A stretch of DNA of 64,000 bases from Gammaproteobacteria bacterium (GTDB taxonomy: Bacteria > Pseudomonadota > Gammaproteobacteria > Eutrophobiales > Eutrophobiaceae), in contig JBHIXH010000010.1 in NCBI GenBank assembly GCA_041984885.1, positions 1,697-65,696 of the forward strand. The letters are read 5' to 3'. Every line of letters starts with the position of its first letter. Within the stretch, counting starts at the first letter, position 1. Position numbers and translations under genes: made by a program. A model generated the notes under the pieces. It saw only the letters and a list, made by a program, of their open reading frames with translations. It was not told the origin of the DNA and did not search any database. Below, in pieces: positions 60,301 to 64,000 of the stretch.

Positions 60301-60634
60301 TTAGCAGTAGTGAAGCATGATCATAACAATTCAGGATAATCGTGGCAGCACCTGAGAACTAACGTAGTTTCAATCAGCCGGATTTTTCGTCGCTTACCGG
60401 CGCGCCCGGGGAGTAGGAAAACCCGTTTTCATTACGTCAGATAGCGCTCATCTCCAGACGGTCTAATATGACGTCAGGCTGGGCTGAATATTGCGTAGTT
60501 TAGCGAGCGATATCATTTGCAGGATTTTAGCCGGGATTATTTCAGCTGCCCGGTTCATGATTGATACCGGACAGAAAAATGCTGGCGGAAAAAGCTGTGC
60601 TGGCTAAAATAAACAAAAAATCAACGGTATAACT

Positions 60635-61213
60635 ATGACTGATCTACTTTTTTGGTTCGAGCAAAACAGTATCCGTGTCTGGATAACGGTCGGCATCATT
60701 GCTTGTTATTTCATCTTTCGTCAGCTTGTATTCCCGCGCGTAGAACAATACATACAACGCGACCAGCTGAAGAATGAAACATTGAAAAATGCGATCTTCA
60801 GCCTGAGTTTGATCTCTTCAATTCTTTGTTTTGTCGTGATCCTGTTTGCCTGGGGTTTCGACATCAAGGGCCTGTTGGCCCTGTCAACCGGTGTGGTTGC
60901 GCTGACTGGTGTGGCGATGTTTGCGAATTGGTCGATTCTCAGCAATATTACCGCCTTCTTTATTCTGATCGCACATCAATCGTATCGCCGTGGTAACTTT
61001 ATCCGTGTCATCGATATGGATAATTTTATAGAAGGTTACATATCGGAAATAAACCTGTTTAATACAAAACTGGTGAGTGAAGATCGGGAAGTCATCATTT
61101 ATCCAAACAACTTTTTGATAGCTCGTCCGGTTATTATTAATCCCCGAACACGACATGCTGTCACGGGCAAGATTCAGGACTACATGCAGCCAGTGAATAC
61201 CGACGCAGAATAA
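60635..61213 (+). CDS. small MscS-family mechanosensitive channel protein
   Basis: 192 aa with three TM segments followed by an MscS-type beta domain, 'FIRVIDMDNFIEGYISEINLFNTKLVSEDREVIIYPNNFLIARPVIN'. Confidence 0.7.
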   Translation: MTDLLFWFEQNSIRVWITVGIIACYFIFRQLVFPRVEQYIQRDQLKNETLKNAIFSLSLISSILCFVVILFAWGFDIKGLLALSTGVVALTGVAMFANWSILSNITAFFILIAHQSYRRGNFIRVIDMDNFIEGYISEINLFNTKLVSEDREVIIYPNNFLIARPVIINPRTRHAVTGKIQDYMQPVNTDAE

Positions 61214-61231
61214 AACACAAGGAGAAGAACG

Positions 61232-61648
61232 ATGACAGATAAAACCTGTACCGGTAGTTGTCTTTGTGGCGAAATCACTTATGAAATTCAATCGCCGTTC
61301 AGGATATTCCAGTATTGTCATTGTTCGAGATGCCGAAAATTTACCGGGAGCGGACATGCGACCAACCTGTTTGTGCCACCGGGACAGTTTCGCTGGGTTA
61401 GCGGTGAAGACAAACTGGGTCGTTTCGAACACCCGGAGGCCAAGTATTTTTCCACGACATTTTGTAAACGTTGTGGCAGTTCAATGCCCTGGGCCGTGCA
61501 GGGCGGTAAAAATATCGTCGTCACTGCAGGTACGCTGGATGATGATCCGGGCATACGACCGATGTGGCATCTATTCTGGTCATCCCGGGCCGAATGGTGT
61601 GAGCAAGCCGATGACCTACCCCGATTCGATCAATACCCGAGCAAATAA
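61232..61648 (+). CDS. GFA (glutathione-dependent formaldehyde-activating / CENP-V) family Cys-rich zinc protein
   Basis: 138 aa; 'CLCGEITYE', 'YCHCSRCRK...G', 'TFCKRCGS'. Confidence 0.7.
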   Translation: MTDKTCTGSCLCGEITYEIQSPFRIFQYCHCSRCRKFTGSGHATNLFVPPGQFRWVSGEDKLGRFEHPEAKYFSTTFCKRCGSSMPWAVQGGKNIVVTAGTLDDDPGIRPMWHLFWSSRAEWCEQADDLPRFDQYPSK

Positions 61649-61672
61649 CCATTTATTAACCGGAGAAATATC

Positions 61673-61960
61673 ATGCAACTGATAAAAACCTGTCTGGTCT
61701 TGCTGTTACTGGTCCCGACTTATACGCTCAATGCCGAACCATTGGATTTATCGAACGACGCAACGATGAAATCAGTATTAATAGCCCAACAGGACAAACG
61801 GATTACGCTGAACCTGACATCCGGCAAGGAACTGTCCGGTACGGTCGGCCTAGTGACTGATTCGGTCGTTCATATCAAGCAATTATCCGGCAAAGAGTTT
61901 TTTGATGCCGTGATTGCAATTAAAAAGATTGAAGCGGTACAAATTCGCACCCGTAAATAA
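61673..61960 (+). CDS. small exported hypothetical protein
   Basis: 95 aa with signal peptide 'MQLIKTCLVLLLLVPTYTLNA'. Confidence 0.45.
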   Translation: MQLIKTCLVLLLLVPTYTLNAEPLDLSNDATMKSVLIAQQDKRITLNLTSGKELSGTVGLVTDSVVHIKQLSGKEFFDAVIAIKKIEAVQIRTRK

Positions 61961-62112
61961 ATCCATGTAAAACCGGCTGGCTGCTAAATGGAGGAGCCGT
62001 AAGCTAAATGAACTCACATGCCAGCCAAAATCGGACAGTCCTGTTATTCAGTTTTCGGGCCTGCCTGACGATAACAATCAAGCCACTTTTTATCTGCGGG
62101 TCCGCCTGACAT

Positions 62113-63969
62113 ATGCGCCTGGCTGATTATCCAATCCGTACCCGACTGACGATATTTGTCGCGTTAATGGTTATTGTTGTTGCCAGTTTACTGAACTGGA
62201 TCGGTTTTCGGTTTGCCCGCGAAAGCCTGACCAGCCAGATCCAGTTACGGCTGGATACGATTGCCCATGATCGTGAAGCGCGTATTCGTACGTTCGCCGA
62301 ACAACGCAAAAAGGAAATTGCACTCATTGCCAGCCGCACACGTTTACGTAAATACCTGCAACAATACAAGGCAGGTACTGTTGAGAATGAGGAATTTCTC
62401 CGTGGCACACAGCGTATTTTGTCTGATGCCATCAGCAGTAGTCCGGAATTTCTTCGTGTCTGGATAACAGATATCAATGGCCGGATCATTACCGGTAACG
62501 ATGCATCTCGAAATGGTGAAATGCTGGCCGATGATCCAGTCTATCAGCAGGGACGTCAACGTACGCACATTGGCGCGCCTTTTATGGCCGGGGGGAACTA
62601 CCTGGCTAACCTGAGTGCACCGGTAACGACAAACGATCAGGTCTATCTGGGTGTTATCCTGGCGCAGCTTGACGTAAGCCAACTCCGTAACATATTGCTG
62701 GATCAGGCAGGTCTTGGCCAGTCGGGTGAAACGCTGGTGGGCTCGATTGAGGGCGGTCAACTCAACTATTTATTTCCTTCAAAACGTCATCCCTCGAAGT
62801 GGATGAGCGATCCGAGCCAGGTTCCGGCCATGATGCGTGCTATTAACGATGAAACACCAGGACAGAACATCAGTGATTATGAAGGTAAAACTGTTTTGGT
62901 CGCCTGGCGTAATATTCATTATCAAGATCCGGCTTATCAGCGTTGGGGCATGATAGTCAAGATAGATCGGAATGAGGCGTATGCACCGATTACCACATTG
63001 ACAGGGTTACAGATATTTCTGGAAGTGGTACTGGTGATTGTCAGTATTTTCCTGGCCTGGTTACTGGCGCGACAGATCACGGCGCCGATACAACAACTTG
63101 TCGATGCCTCGGAAAAAATTACTGGCGGTGACCTGACTGTGGAAGTGTCTATCAATTCCGATGATGAACTTGGACGCCTGGCCAGGTCTTTTAACCAGAT
63201 GGCAGCCAAACTGTTGCGTTCACGACAGGATCTGGAAGAGCGTGTCAAGGAACGAACCCGGGAACTGCAACATGCGAAAGACGTGCTCGAAAAAAGTAAT
63301 ATGGACCTGCAACAATTTGCCTATGTCGCTTCCCACGACCTGCAAACACCGATAAGACATATCACCAGCTATACACAATTATTACAAAAACGCTATTCCG
63401 GTGAACTGGATGAGACGGCAGGCGAGTTTATTGAAACGATCGTCGGTGCTGCAAAAAAAATGCAGACATTGATCCAGGATTTGCTGGCGTATTCCCGTGT
63501 TAATAATCGGGAGCGTCCGTTTCAACAAGTGGATCTGAACCTGGTATTTGAAACTGTCATCGAAATGCTGGCGCCCTCGATTGAGGATTCAGGTGCAAAC
63601 GTATCCAGTGGTGAATTACCGACTGTGTCCGGTGATCCATCGCAACTATCACAGCTTTTTATGAACCTGATTGGTAACGCGATCAAGTATCACGGGGATG
63701 AGCCGCCTGACATCAAGGTATTATGCGAACAACAAAAGCAGGAATTCATAATATCGTTCGTTGATAATGGCATCGGCATTAAACCGGAGTACCAGGACAG
63801 AATATTTGACGTATTCAAACGCCTGCACGCTGATAATGAAATACCCGGTACGGGTATCGGTCTGGCAATATGTAAACGCGTGGTTGAACGCCACGGAGGC
63901 CGCATCTGGCTTGAGTCAGCAGAAGGGGCGGGCAGCAGTTTTTATATTGCATTACCACTGGTTAATTAA
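62113..63969 (+). CDS. sensor histidine kinase (periplasmic Cache-like input, HAMP, HisKA, HATPase)
   Basis: 618 aa. Two TM segments flank a ~270-aa periplasmic domain. HAMP 'DELGRLARSFNQMAAKL', H-box 'ASHDLQTPIRHI', G-box 'GTGIGLAICKRVVERHGG'. Confidence 0.8.
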   Translation: MRLADYPIRTRLTIFVALMVIVVASLLNWIGFRFARESLTSQIQLRLDTIAHDREARIRTFAEQRKKEIALIASRTRLRKYLQQYKAGTVENEEFLRGTQRILSDAISSSPEFLRVWITDINGRIITGNDASRNGEMLADDPVYQQGRQRTHIGAPFMAGGNYLANLSAPVTTNDQVYLGVILAQLDVSQLRNILLDQAGLGQSGETLVGSIEGGQLNYLFPSKRHPSKWMSDPSQVPAMMRAINDETPGQNISDYEGKTVLVAWRNIHYQDPAYQRWGMIVKIDRNEAYAPITTLTGLQIFLEVVLVIVSIFLAWLLARQITAPIQQLVDASEKITGGDLTVEVSINSDDELGRLARSFNQMAAKLLRSRQDLEERVKERTRELQHAKDVLEKSNMDLQQFAYVASHDLQTPIRHITSYTQLLQKRYSGELDETAGEFIETIVGAAKKMQTLIQDLLAYSRVNNRERPFQQVDLNLVFETVIEMLAPSIEDSGANVSSGELPTVSGDPSQLSQLFMNLIGNAIKYHGDEPPDIKVLCEQQKQEFIISFVDNGIGIKPEYQDRIFDVFKRLHADNEIPGTGIGLAICKRVVERHGGRIWLESAEGAGSSFYIALPLVN

Positions 63970-64000
63970 TAACCCGATTGCGGGTCATGCAGGTTCCCTA

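Overview
This 64-kb window reads as chromosomal DNA from a Gram-negative, gammaproteobacterium-like organism, about 50-55% GC by eye. It is densely packed with housekeeping genes on both strands. No rRNA, tRNA, CRISPR array or clear IS/transposase was seen. All calls below are read from motifs in the provided translations and the raw sequence; nothing was searched against a database.

The recognisable housekeeping blocks are:
- formate-tetrahydrofolate ligase and a CBS-domain ClC chloride channel;
- pyrG (carrying a 1-nt frameshift), kdsA, eno, ftsB, ispD and ispF;
- smrB, purL, a GNAT acetyltransferase, the L16 hydroxylase roxA, purB, tas and pyrC-rnt;
- a divergent methionine-salvage pair, mtaD and mtnA;
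- a gyrA / pheA-hisC-tyrA-aroA-cmk-rpsA-ihfB supraoperon, followed by lapA-lapB and mfd;
- metZ, then a contiguous serine-cycle-type cluster sga-mcl-mtkA-mtkB-hprA-ppc.

The serine-cycle cluster together with the formate-tetrahydrofolate ligase suggests a C1/glyoxylate-assimilating lifestyle. This is an inference from gene content, not a demonstrated phenotype.

The most interesting feature is an AT-richer insert between ispF and smrB at 9.7-15.7 kb. It encodes a complete DSF-type (Rpf-like) signalling module:
- an RpfF-family crotonase-fold signal synthase with both catalytic Glu positions conserved;
- a membrane fatty-acid desaturase immediately downstream, which is not part of the classical rpf locus;
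- convergent to these, an RpfC-like hybrid sensor kinase (multi-TM input, HisKA, HATPase, REC, HPt);
- and an RpfG-like REC + HD-GYP regulator.
The synthase-desaturase pairing may mark an undescribed DSF-family signal chemistry.

Other noteworthy items:
- a short secretin-like protein translationally coupled to an unknown partner next to purL;
- a PEP-CTERM exosortase substrate;
- a small ORF bracketed by 16-bp direct repeats at the left edge of the window;
- palindromic candidate operators upstream of sga and of the PEP-CTERM gene;
- a low-GC patch at 58-62 kb encoding small secreted proteins, lipoproteins and sensor proteins.
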